A stretch of DNA of 64,000 nt from an uncultured Candidatus Saccharibacteria bacterium (GTDB lineage Bacteria > Patescibacteriota > Minisyncoccia > Phycocordibacterales > UBA2100): positions 2,144 through 66,143 of the forward strand of contig CAZPQI010000001.1 in assembly GCA_964589005.1 (NCBI GenBank). Reading direction: 5' to 3'. Shown here piece after piece: positions 55,887 to 64,000 of this stretch. The translations under genes were made by a program, and so were the position numbers. Within the stretch, counting starts at the first letter, position 1; each line of letters starts with the position of its first letter. A model generated the notes under the pieces. It saw only the letters and a program-made list of their open reading frames with translations. It was not told where the DNA came from and searched no databases.

Positions 55887-57608
55887 CTAACGATCAGGAG
55901 GAATGTTGTAATAATTTATAAGAAATTGAGTGATGTCCATAAACGGCCGTGTGAGTGTTTGAGAAGCATACAAAGCTCCTTGTGGTTCTACATTAAGTAA
56001 AAATACTAAATATTTTGCGTCATACGCGGGGAAGTAACCGAAAAATGAATGTAGGAAACGGTCTTCATAGTATCCGCCATCTGGTGAAGCTATTTGCGCA
56101 GTTCCCGTTTTTGCGGCAATACTATATCTATCCATTTTCACACTCCCACCTAGAAGCGCCTCATCAAAAACCTCAACGAGCATCCGAGTTATTGTTTCTG
56201 CTGTTTCAGGAGAAAGCACTTGTTCTCGTACATCAGAGTTGTTGATTGTATGAGTAAGACCATTGCGCGTATTGATGGCCGAAACCACGTATGGTTGCTC
56301 CGCATATCCATCAGGGAGTATTGAAAGCGCACGCACCATATTTATCGGTGTCACGGCAACTCCCTGTCCGAAACTGGCGGTTGCATATTCAATATCACGA
56401 GGACTGTTTAAATTCTCTGTTAAGTTACGTGCTTCGTTGGGTAAATCTATTCCTGTCTCTTCGTTCAATCCGTAGCGATACATGTAGCGACGAAATTCGT
56501 CTTTACCCATTGCGGAAACAACGTACGCTGCGCCGGTGTTAAGTGACTGGGAAAGTATCTGCTGCATTGGTACGACTCCCCTCGCTTTTCCATCAAAGTT
56601 AGATATTGTCGAACCGTCGAGCGTTAATGACCCTCTGTCGTTATATGTTGACTTTGTTGTAATCGCACCCGAGTCCAAACCAGCAGCCATGGTAAGCGGC
56701 TTCATAATAGACCCCATCTCGTATACTCTTTCGACAAGTGGATTGGCAAACTGAGATATTTGTGCACTTCCAAAATTATTTAAATCAAATCCAGGAGAGA
56801 CTGCCATCGCTCGTATAATTCCAGTTTGAGGCTCAATGACTATAGCGGCCGTAAACTTTGAATCCCATTCATCTTGTAAATCATTCAGTACGTTTTCGAC
56901 ATAGAGCTGCACCGAAGGTTCAATGGTGGTAATGATATTTCCTTCGCGCTGATTTACGGGAACAAATACCACGTCGCGAACATTCGTGAACAATTCAGCA
57001 AAAAAATTTACATATAAGTTGCTCCCGCCCCGCACAAGTACATCTTCGAAATATCTTTCCAGCCCATAGCGTCCATTGCGTACGTCGCCATCATAGGCTA
57101 CAAACCCCAATATGTGCGATGCAAGTGCACCTCCTGGATAATAACGCCAACGCTCTGGAATAATTAGTACCCCATCGAGGTCGGCCGTACGGATTGCATC
57201 TGCCTGTGCTGTGGTGAGGTGCGTTTGAATCCCTTCGTAGGTATCATTTGTCTTTGTCGCACGAATCATAAATGTTTCGCGATCTAGTTCTATATAGGGA
57301 GCTAGAGTTTTATACACTAATTCTGGTTTCGTAACTTTGTTTGGATTTAATGCTAAAACAAATCCTTTTTTTATTGTGGCACCACTTATTTCTCGCCCAT
57401 CTTTATCTTTAAAAAAGATACCACCTCGATCATAAAATCCTCCAGACGTACTTACGTATTGGTCAGTTGCTTGCGTGCGATACTCGGCACCATGAATTAT
57501 CTGTAAAAAATATAGGCGCACAACCAACAGTAATGCTACCAAAAGTAGTAGTCCTAACACTAGGCGGGTTCGTATTATAAAACGTTCTCTTTTTTGTCTC
57601 GCCACCAT
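55887..57608 (-). CDS. ftsI: penicillin-binding protein (FtsI/PBP2-type transpeptidase)
   Basis: N-terminal TM, dimerisation domain, transpeptidase SxxK (GSIMKP), SxN, KTG(T) motifs. Confidence 0.85.
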   Translation of the reverse strand: MVARQKRERFIIRTRLVLGLLLLVALLLVVRLYFLQIIHGAEYRTQATDQYVSTSGGFYDRGGIFFKDKDGREISGATIKKGFVLALNPNKVTKPELVYKTLAPYIELDRETFMIRATKTNDTYEGIQTHLTTAQADAIRTADLDGVLIIPERWRYYPGGALASHILGFVAYDGDVRNGRYGLERYFEDVLVRGGSNLYVNFFAELFTNVRDVVFVPVNQREGNIITTIEPSVQLYVENVLNDLQDEWDSKFTAAIVIEPQTGIIRAMAVSPGFDLNNFGSAQISQFANPLVERVYEMGSIMKPLTMAAGLDSGAITTKSTYNDRGSLTLDGSTISNFDGKARGVVPMQQILSQSLNTGAAYVVSAMGKDEFRRYMYRYGLNEETGIDLPNEARNLTENLNSPRDIEYATASFGQGVAVTPINMVRALSILPDGYAEQPYVVSAINTRNGLTHTINNSDVREQVLSPETAETITRMLVEVFDEALLGGSVKMDRYSIAAKTGTAQIASPDGGYYEDRFLHSFFGYFPAYDAKYLVFLLNVEPQGALYASQTLTRPFMDITQFLINYYNIPPDR

Positions 57609-57629
57609 CGCCTTATTATAGTACCGCTA

Positions 57630-57983
57630 TTACTGAGTACTTGCTTGCCCAAGGTATCGGCTTCTGGTCACGTAATCTTTGCTAGAAATGGTACTGAAAC
57701 CGAGCGTAGTTGCTAAGCCAAGAGTAATAGTGTTCTTTCCTTGCAAGTAATCTACTTCGAGTTCTGCAATGCGCGAACCCGCATCGGCTACCATACCTTG
57801 TGTTTCTTCGCGATCAATTGCATATACGACAGCCATACCAATAAAATATATATAGAGCACTACCAACACCAGTGTTAGTACTATTAATAATCCTATCGTA
57901 CGTTGCTGTACATTTTGTAAAACAGCTGCAGCAACTTTCACTTGCCTACGCAAGCCAACTTTTTGTTTAAATATCTTTTTCAT
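57630..57983 (-). CDS. ftsL: FtsL-like cell division protein
   Basis: Short bitopic protein (TM LLIVLTLVLVVLYIYFIG) between rsmH and ftsI as in dcw clusters; start taken at internal Met. Confidence 0.45.
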   Translation of the reverse strand: MKKIFKQKVGLRRQVKVAAAVLQNVQQRTIGLLIVLTLVLVVLYIYFIGMAVVYAIDREETQGMVADAGSRIAELEVDYLQGKNTITLGLATTLGFSTISSKDYVTRSRYLGQASTQ

Positions 57984-58953
57984 CAGAGTGTGTGAATCTA
58001 AATACCCGAAGCTTCGCGCTACGTGAACGCGGATTTTGCCCAACTTCGGAACTACTTGGAGTTATTGGTTTCTTTGTAACCACTTCGCCGCGCCCTTCTT
58101 TTGCCCAAACGCGAAACGTCTCCTTTACTAACTTATCTTCAAGACTGTGAAATGTGAGGAATGCAACTACTGCGTCTTCGTGAGTAATGTTTGGAAGCGC
58201 TTCTAAAAGACTCTTAAGTGCTCCCAGTTCATCATTCACTGCGATACGCAACGCTTGGAATGTTTTTGTAGCAGGATTTCGTTTGCCGTGGCGATATGCA
58301 GCTGGAGTTCCTTTGCGAACTATGTCCACTAACTGTTGTGTGGTTTCAATCGGTGCATTCTTGCGCGCCGCTACAATTTCGCGAGCAATGCGTCGAGAAA
58401 ATCTCTCTCCGCCCCAACCGTACAAAATGTCGGCAATATTCTCTTCCTGCCAATGATTAACGATTTCGTGTGCTGTTAAAGCATTAGTATCGTCAGTATC
58501 ACTGAGTGTCATCTGCAATGGTTCGTCTTTCAAAAAACTGAACCCCCTGCCCGACACTTCAAGCTGATCACTACTCCAACCTAAATCGAATAGCGCTTTG
58601 TCGATACCGTCTATTTTGTATTCAGCTAATTTCGCCGAAACATTACGGAAGTTATCGTGAATAAGAGTGACGTGTGGCTTACTTCCCTTCAACGCACTCC
58701 GTGCTCGCGCTAAAGCACCACTGTCGACATCGAAACCTACAAGATGACCTTTGACACCTAAAAGATTAGTGAAGGCCTTGGCATGCCCACCACCACCTAA
58801 GGTGCCGTCGAGTACGGTATCTTCCTCATGTATTTCAAGTACTTCAAGTACTTCTTGTAAAAGAACAGGTACGTGCCGGGTGGTGCTTGCCCCGTTAACA
58901 TCCTTTGGATGTGGTTCGGGGGTTGTCGGCGTCGAGCCGCTGGAGGATTGCAT
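57967..58953 (-). CDS. rsmH: 16S rRNA (cytosine1402-N4)-methyltransferase RsmH (MraW)
   Basis: HVPVLLQEVLEVL, DGTLGGGGHA SAM motif, family pattern throughout. Confidence 0.85.
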   Translation of the reverse strand: MQSSSGSTPTTPEPHPKDVNGASTTRHVPVLLQEVLEVLEIHEEDTVLDGTLGGGGHAKAFTNLLGVKGHLVGFDVDSGALARARSALKGSKPHVTLIHDNFRNVSAKLAEYKIDGIDKALFDLGWSSDQLEVSGRGFSFLKDEPLQMTLSDTDDTNALTAHEIVNHWQEENIADILYGWGGERFSRRIAREIVAARKNAPIETTQQLVDIVRKGTPAAYRHGKRNPATKTFQALRIAVNDELGALKSLLEALPNITHEDAVVAFLTFHSLEDKLVKETFRVWAKEGRGEVVTKKPITPSSSEVGQNPRSRSAKLRVFRFTHSDEKDI

Positions 58954-59184
58954 AATATTGAGTGCGCATGACTATGGAAAATCCTCCAGCAACTCGATGT
59001 AAACAACTTCGAGTTGGTCGTACTTAGTTACTTATTAATAAACTTTCATCCCATCTTTTAAAAAGTGGATAGTTAGTGCAGTACGAGGCGCATGAGTTAA
59101 TTTTTTTGAGTTGTATCGTGCATACAACGATGAAAATTTCACGAAATGCAACAAAGTAATGTTCTGACTAGCTACTTTCTAAAA

Positions 59185-59619
59185 TTAAAGAACTCCAATT
59201 TCGCCCAACTTCTCCGCCATAGCGTCTCCCTGTTCTTCGATATGCGACTGGTACGTGCTCCATCGTTTTTCATCCCAAATTTCGACTCTGTCTGCTACTC
59301 CTGCCAAAACAACTTTTGTTTTTAGAGTCGCAAACTTTTTAAGATGTTCAGGAACCAATATTCTTCCTGTGCTGTCTAAACTAACTTCTACCGCGCCAGA
59401 AAACATAAAGCGGGTGAATCCACGGGTGTCTGATTGGGCGAAGCTTAGTTCCTTTAAACGCTTCGCAATTTCGGCCCATTCTTTTTCTGAGTAGAGAAAC
59501 AAACAGTTGTCGAGTCCTCGGGTGATTACTAACTTTTTTCCAAGTCCATCCTTAAACTTTTTTGGCAACATGAGTCGCTTCTTATCGTCTAACGTGTATG
59601 TGTATTCGCCGAGAAGCAT
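59185..59619 (-). CDS. mraZ: transcriptional regulator MraZ
   Basis: MLLGEYTYTLDDKKRLMLPKKF... duplicated MraZ-domain pattern, 144 aa. Confidence 0.85.
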   Translation of the reverse strand: MLLGEYTYTLDDKKRLMLPKKFKDGLGKKLVITRGLDNCLFLYSEKEWAEIAKRLKELSFAQSDTRGFTRFMFSGAVEVSLDSTGRILVPEHLKKFATLKTKVVLAGVADRVEIWDEKRWSTYQSHIEEQGDAMAEKLGEIGVL

Positions 59620-59805
59620 GTTCCAAATGTTTATTTCCCACTCTTTCCCACTTAAAGGTTATATTACTACACTTCGTCCCACATCATGAAACAAGTTATC
59701 CACATGGTTTCATCTACACAAAACAAAAAGACACGAGATGCTTCTCTCGTGTCTTTTTGTAATCTTAGATCGTTGACTACTCTTCTTTAGGTCATCTTCT
59801 AGATA

Positions 59806-60666
59806 CTATTCAACAACATGTTTTTCCATTTCTTTGGAAACTTCCGAAGCATCAGCTAGATTAAACAATAACTCACTTTTACGAACTATTCTCTTAGTGA
59901 TCGCAGAAGCCATCTCTTTACTCCATTCCTGCAGTAATTCACTCTGTACACTATATAATCCAAGTGAATTTTTGAAAAGAAACCCTTCTTTCTCAAGACC
60001 ACGTAGAACTTGTGTGATAATACGAGACTCAAATTCCTCAAATTTTACATAATTACTTGTTATTCCAAATCCAATCCATTTATTGCTTTGATCAAGAAGT
60101 AATTCTAATATAGACTCTGCTGATACTTCTGAACGAACGTGCCTCAATAGATATAATATTACAGTTCTCCAAGCTCTAATCTTATAGCTTAAGAATACCT
60201 CATGTTCTCCATAGTCAACAACGGAAAAAGCCAACATACTTAGCCATGCTCGGAACCAATGTTCTGAGGATCTCATATAATACTCTTCAGAAGCAGGAGA
60301 AAGATACAACTCTTGGCTTTTAACCGAAAAACCTCTCCCTGAAATTGCGTCCTCAACAGAATCTAGAGTGATTATTTCTCCAGGGAATATTTTATCTGGT
60401 ACAAAACCATGAATATGATTTATATTAATATACTCTTTTCCGAATTCTAGATATTGATTTAGCGTGAAAACGTTTTTATTGAGGAGTATAATCATTACGT
60501 CGATATCACTTTTTCCAATCTTACCGCCCCCATACGCTACACTGCCACTGAATAAAGAAAACACCATGTTAGCTCCGAAGATGCGTAAGGCAGCCTCAGT
60601 TAATTGTTTTTTGATGCTGACAAAATCATAATCCGTGCAGAACTGTGCTGAATCAATAGTCTTCAT
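59806..60666 (-). CDS. nucleotidyltransferase-domain protein (Pol-beta superfamily)
   Basis: GSVAYGGGKIGKSDIDVMIIL = GS...(D)xD NTase motif; start uncertain. Confidence 0.5.
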   Translation of the reverse strand: MKTIDSAQFCTDYDFVSIKKQLTEAALRIFGANMVFSLFSGSVAYGGGKIGKSDIDVMIILLNKNVFTLNQYLEFGKEYININHIHGFVPDKIFPGEIITLDSVEDAISGRGFSVKSQELYLSPASEEYYMRSSEHWFRAWLSMLAFSVVDYGEHEVFLSYKIRAWRTVILYLLRHVRSEVSAESILELLLDQSNKWIGFGITSNYVKFEEFESRIITQVLRGLEKEGFLFKNSLGLYSVQSELLQEWSKEMASAITKRIVRKSELLFNLADASEVSKEMEKHVVE

Positions 60667-61318
60667 ACTGTTTATTAGTGCAAGATATAGAAACTCCAGT
60701 CTGAGTGGCAAATAAAAGCGATCTGTCTTCATTGCCAAGCCAATTATATGACAAGTTAGTCAACCCAAGATCCCTAAAACTTTCCTGTAAAAAATGATAC
60801 GAGCGTATATCAAATTCCTCGTTCGGTATAATCTCCTCTACTGCAGTTTTAAAATCAACAGGTGGAATAGCTACACCAGTAGCGTCAATACCTTTTTGGA
60901 GTCTGTGATCACTAAGTTTATTACGTAATCCTCGTCCCATTCCCTCCTGTGGCAAATATACAAATACTCCTTCTTTATATTCCGCAATTTTCGCCAAATA
61001 TTCTACCATATCAGTATGGCAGTCACATGAAGAATCGCCCAATATACCAGTAATACATGCACTCATAATTCTCAAAGGGACTCTTGAAGGTCGTAGGAAT
61101 AACGATTCGTTAAAAAGCACACTTCTCTCGCCAGTCTTTATTGGTAATACTGGAACATTGGTCTTAACTAGGAAGATCACTGAATCCCCAGTTATGCCAG
61201 CGATTTGTTCCTCCACTGCATCTAGAAAATATCCAACTGAAATGCATTCACCTAAAAAACTATTGCTAGCAGGGGTTGCAACATATCTACCATTGTCTGC
61301 TAGAGTTTTGTGTTTCAT
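60653..61318 (-). CDS. GTP cyclohydrolase II (RibA)-like protein
   Basis: Cys triad C-x10-C-x-C (SACITGILGDSSCDCH) and QEGMGRGLRNKLSDHRLQ...GIDAT resembling RibA nucleotide/zinc motifs. Confidence 0.55.
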   Translation of the reverse strand: MKHKTLADNGRYVATPASNSFLGECISVGYFLDAVEEQIAGITGDSVIFLVKTNVPVLPIKTGERSVLFNESLFLRPSRVPLRIMSACITGILGDSSCDCHTDMVEYLAKIAEYKEGVFVYLPQEGMGRGLRNKLSDHRLQKGIDATGVAIPPVDFKTAVEEIIPNEEFDIRSYHFLQESFRDLGLTNLSYNWLGNEDRSLLFATQTGVSISCTNKQYEDY

Positions 61319-61373
61319 AAATATATTACGGTTTTTCTAGAATACGATAGTCTCTAACAATATTTCTTTATAG

Positions 61374-63977
61374 TTATACGTCTAGTAATTGATTTATTTT
61401 ATCTTTGTTCTCTAGAGCCCACAAAAAAGTTGATAGTCGGGGTCCGGAATTTCTACCAATAAGTAAATTATATATCGTTTTAAAAAATAGTCTCTGTCTT
61501 TTTGCGTTTTCTTTCTTATCCAAATTCTCTTTTTGGACAATACCGTATACTAAACCGTTCAGTTCAGCAATCGTCCTATGTGGATTAGTCACCAACTCTG
61601 CACGCAATTCCCTAACCTTTTCTAATTCTTCTTTGGATAACGTCTCTATATAGCCAAGATTTTTTTTGTCTTCTAGCTTTATTATGTCCTTGCTATTATA
61701 AGTTTCTAGCCAAATCTTGGCTCTTTCCAATCTGTTTTCTATACTCTCCTTATCATAAGACTCCCCTTGTTCATCCAAGATTTTAATCATTTTCTCCCTA
61801 TTCCACTGCACAACCTGCCCCAGCCCAACTGCCTGCCTAAAGGAAATTGGTTTCTTATAGTCGTCTTTCTTTAAAACACCACTGATTTCTAAAGCACTGA
61901 CTTCAAAATTACTTAGTTGTTCTGATTCCTTATTCATCTTTTCAATTTGAGTATCAAATTCATCATACTGCCTATAAACCTCACTATCAAACGCTAGTGA
62001 AAAAGTCTTATTTGGGTCTGTCTTAAAGTAAAGCCATTTTAAAAGTTCTGGTGAATAAATTCCCAAAAGTTGTTCTGGTGAAATACTATTTCCTTTCGAA
62101 CCAGACATTTTATCTCCAACACCTCTAATTCCAACAAAATCATAAGCTTGATACACTGGAGGCTCAACACCAAAAACTTCAGTCGCAATGACAGATGAAG
62201 TATCATAACTTCCGCCTGGAGTAGAATGATCTTTGCCTCCTGGCTCAAAACTAACATCTTCTACTCCCCACCGCATAGGCCAGTCAATTTTCCACGATAA
62301 CTTAACAACCCTATCTTTTGTAATATCAATTGTTTCGGTTTTCCCAGTATCAAAACACTTGTAAGTTATTTTCTTATCTCCATCGTAGTCAATCACCACA
62401 GTATTGTCTTTACCTGAGAAACGAGAATAAACTGTTATAGGATAATATCCTTCTATATATTCACTATCTCGAATACTCTTTGATTTTTTACCTTTTTCTG
62501 TCATAAATGACAATAAAATCTCTGCTATTTTGTTACGCTTCTTTAAAGCCTCTATAATATACTCATCGTATCGTCCTGATTTATATTCGTCCGTCTGGTA
62601 TCTATATTCTATTTCCATATCCAGATCTTTCATTGCATGCTCAAAATTTTCTTCATGATATTTGGCATAAGACTTATCAGTACCGTCTGGAGACGGAACT
62701 TCTGAAAGAGGCATTCCTACATACTTTTCAAAACTCGAATCAATATCTTGAGGAACTTTCCTGAATCTATCAAAATCATCCCAAGAAAAAATCATTTTTG
62801 ATTTTTTCCCTCTTTTTCCTAGTTCTTTAAAAACTGCATACGGAGCAACTATATCTCTCAAGTTACCAAAGTGAACCATTCCAGACGGACTAATACCTGC
62901 GGCACATACATACTCGTCTCTATCTGGGAATCTATCTAATACCTCATCGGTGTAATTGCTGGCCCAATGAATCCTATTTTCTGGGTTCTCCTGTTGGCTT
63001 TTAATCTTTTCTTTTTTTCCTTTTCCCATGGTTTGAAATTTTTCCATATCTTTTCGTATTAATATATTGTATATGTCTCTTTGTGGCAATGTTGGAGTGG
63101 GTACTGTAATCCCATTTAGGCTCAAGCTGGAGGAATTTTTTGAGTATCCTCCATATTCATTAATACCACGTTCGACACCATTAGCGTGCAAATGAGTGTC
63201 ATTAATTAAAATGCCATATTTCGATGGAAAACTCAAATCATTCTTTTTTGAATTAAGAAACTCGCTACTTCCGAAAACTGTTACATACATTGCGTTCTTT
63301 CTATAATGTTCGTTATCGAAATATAATCCCAAATCCACTTCAGCGCTATACTTCTGTATAATAAATATAGGAGCAAATGACTCGACATAGTTGCCACCAT
63401 ATTTCAAGTCCTTATTTATTATGACTGGTCTAATTGTATGTGTCTTGAAGTCAATATGTGCACCAGTTTGTTTGTCGATCCACTTATTATTTTTAATTAG
63501 AAATTTACCGATACTAATAAGGTTTTCCTTTCTGGTTATCGGACCTACTGTAACCCCTTTCTCAGTATACGCTCCCACTTTCACTTTCCTTAATTCCATA
63601 TGCAGCTTTTTCATAAAAGTCGGGAAAACTTCACTAGAGATTAGTATGGAATTTGGTGCGGCACAGTCCTGTCCTTGATTATATAATTGTAATTGGATGG
63701 TAGCCATAACTGCTTCTTGTATATTTGCACTATCAGTAACTAAAACTGGATTGTGGCCATAACCATTGAAAATAAAAAGTGTTTTTTTGGAAAAAAGTTT
63801 TTTAACTTTTATTGAGTTTTGTGCTCTCCCGGTGAAAATTACAACATCCGTTATTGGTTGGTCTTCATTACTTACCTTATCTATTCGTGTTTGAGTTATT
63901 TTTGCTAAGAATTTTGATCTAACTAATCTTAGAACTTCTATATTAGTAAAGTCCTTTTCTAAATTAATCGCCACCAT
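61374..63977 (-). CDS. class I lysyl-tRNA synthetase with an in-frame ~310-aa N-terminal degenerate aldehyde-dehydrogenase-like domain
   Basis: LysRS-I part (from MGKGKK at 63029): HWASNYTDE, HFGN (HIGH-like), KMSGS (KMSKS). N-terminal part: ALDH C-terminal-half pattern (FTGRAQ.., GQDC catalytic Cys, GPIT) but catalytic Glu position reads FNGYG. No stop codon between the two parts. Confidence 0.7.
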   Translation of the reverse strand: MVAINLEKDFTNIEVLRLVRSKFLAKITQTRIDKVSNEDQPITDVVIFTGRAQNSIKVKKLFSKKTLFIFNGYGHNPVLVTDSANIQEAVMATIQLQLYNQGQDCAAPNSILISSEVFPTFMKKLHMELRKVKVGAYTEKGVTVGPITRKENLISIGKFLIKNNKWIDKQTGAHIDFKTHTIRPVIINKDLKYGGNYVESFAPIFIIQKYSAEVDLGLYFDNEHYRKNAMYVTVFGSSEFLNSKKNDLSFPSKYGILINDTHLHANGVERGINEYGGYSKNSSSLSLNGITVPTPTLPQRDIYNILIRKDMEKFQTMGKGKKEKIKSQQENPENRIHWASNYTDEVLDRFPDRDEYVCAAGISPSGMVHFGNLRDIVAPYAVFKELGKRGKKSKMIFSWDDFDRFRKVPQDIDSSFEKYVGMPLSEVPSPDGTDKSYAKYHEENFEHAMKDLDMEIEYRYQTDEYKSGRYDEYIIEALKKRNKIAEILLSFMTEKGKKSKSIRDSEYIEGYYPITVYSRFSGKDNTVVIDYDGDKKITYKCFDTGKTETIDITKDRVVKLSWKIDWPMRWGVEDVSFEPGGKDHSTPGGSYDTSSVIATEVFGVEPPVYQAYDFVGIRGVGDKMSGSKGNSISPEQLLGIYSPELLKWLYFKTDPNKTFSLAFDSEVYRQYDEFDTQIEKMNKESEQLSNFEVSALEISGVLKKDDYKKPISFRQAVGLGQVVQWNREKMIKILDEQGESYDKESIENRLERAKIWLETYNSKDIIKLEDKKNLGYIETLSKEELEKVRELRAELVTNPHRTIAELNGLVYGIVQKENLDKKENAKRQRLFFKTIYNLLIGRNSGPRLSTFLWALENKDKINQLLDV

Positions 63978-64000
63978 TAGATCTTCAAAAAAAGATGCCA

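Overview
This 64 kb window comes from a low-GC bacterial genome with small-genome traits: TTG/GTG start codons, tRNAs mostly lacking an encoded CCA, and a class-I LysRS. A CPR/Patescibacteria-like origin is a guess only.

Housekeeping genes present: dnaX, a Dus tRNA-dihydrouridine synthase, ftsQ, serS, dprA, topA, rel, parB, tsaC, pyrF, a dcw cluster mraZ-rsmH-ftsL-ftsI-murF, and tRNA-Gln, tRNA-Leu and tRNA-Glu.

Main blocks of the window:
- 2.1-12.3 kb: a minus-strand copper/thiol-redox cluster: CsoR, a CopB-type CPH ATPase, a DUF1573-rhodanese fusion, CcdA, Trx-like, DsbA, a CxxC membrane protein and a cupredoxin-like protein, followed by an MsrA-MsrB fusion.
- 16.0-17.7 kb: a repeat-rich region. 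It holds a REP-associated Y1 transposase (RAYT) with four 28-bp REP-like palindromes, one in-frame inside the RAYT ORF. Two homologous promoter-like modules each carry a (TC)n/(GA)n tract of different length.
- 18.1-36.1 kb: an AT-rich mobile/defence island beside ssb and tRNA-Gln. It starts with a large serine recombinase bounded by perfect 158-bp inverted repeats with further nested IRs. It continues with a PD-(D/E)xK-like gene plus a 901-aa unknown-N-terminus/SF1-helicase gene, a ParB-DNA methyltransferase fusion, a second large serine recombinase, and a tight XRE-SNF2-Type III mod-res operon.
- 39.9-41.9 kb (most unusual locus): an IS110-family-like gene (DEDD_Tnp N-terminus plus Transposase_20 C-terminus). 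Its first two DEDD catalytic positions read Gln and Val/Leu/Gly, while the Tnp-domain Ser is kept. It is embedded among three or four copies of an ~80-nt structured module with conserved 13-bp stems and variable ~35-45-nt interiors, plus three CGGTTAACCG-centred palindromes. This looks like bridge-RNA modules around a possibly domesticated bridge-recombinase-like protein.

Other notable points:
- A degenerate ALDH-like domain is fused in-frame to class-I LysRS.
- Degenerate tRNA-fragment duplicates lie beside tRNA-Leu, tRNA-Glu and tRNA-Gln.
- There is a diverged duplicate of the topA 3' end.
- The LamG gene appears 3'-truncated.
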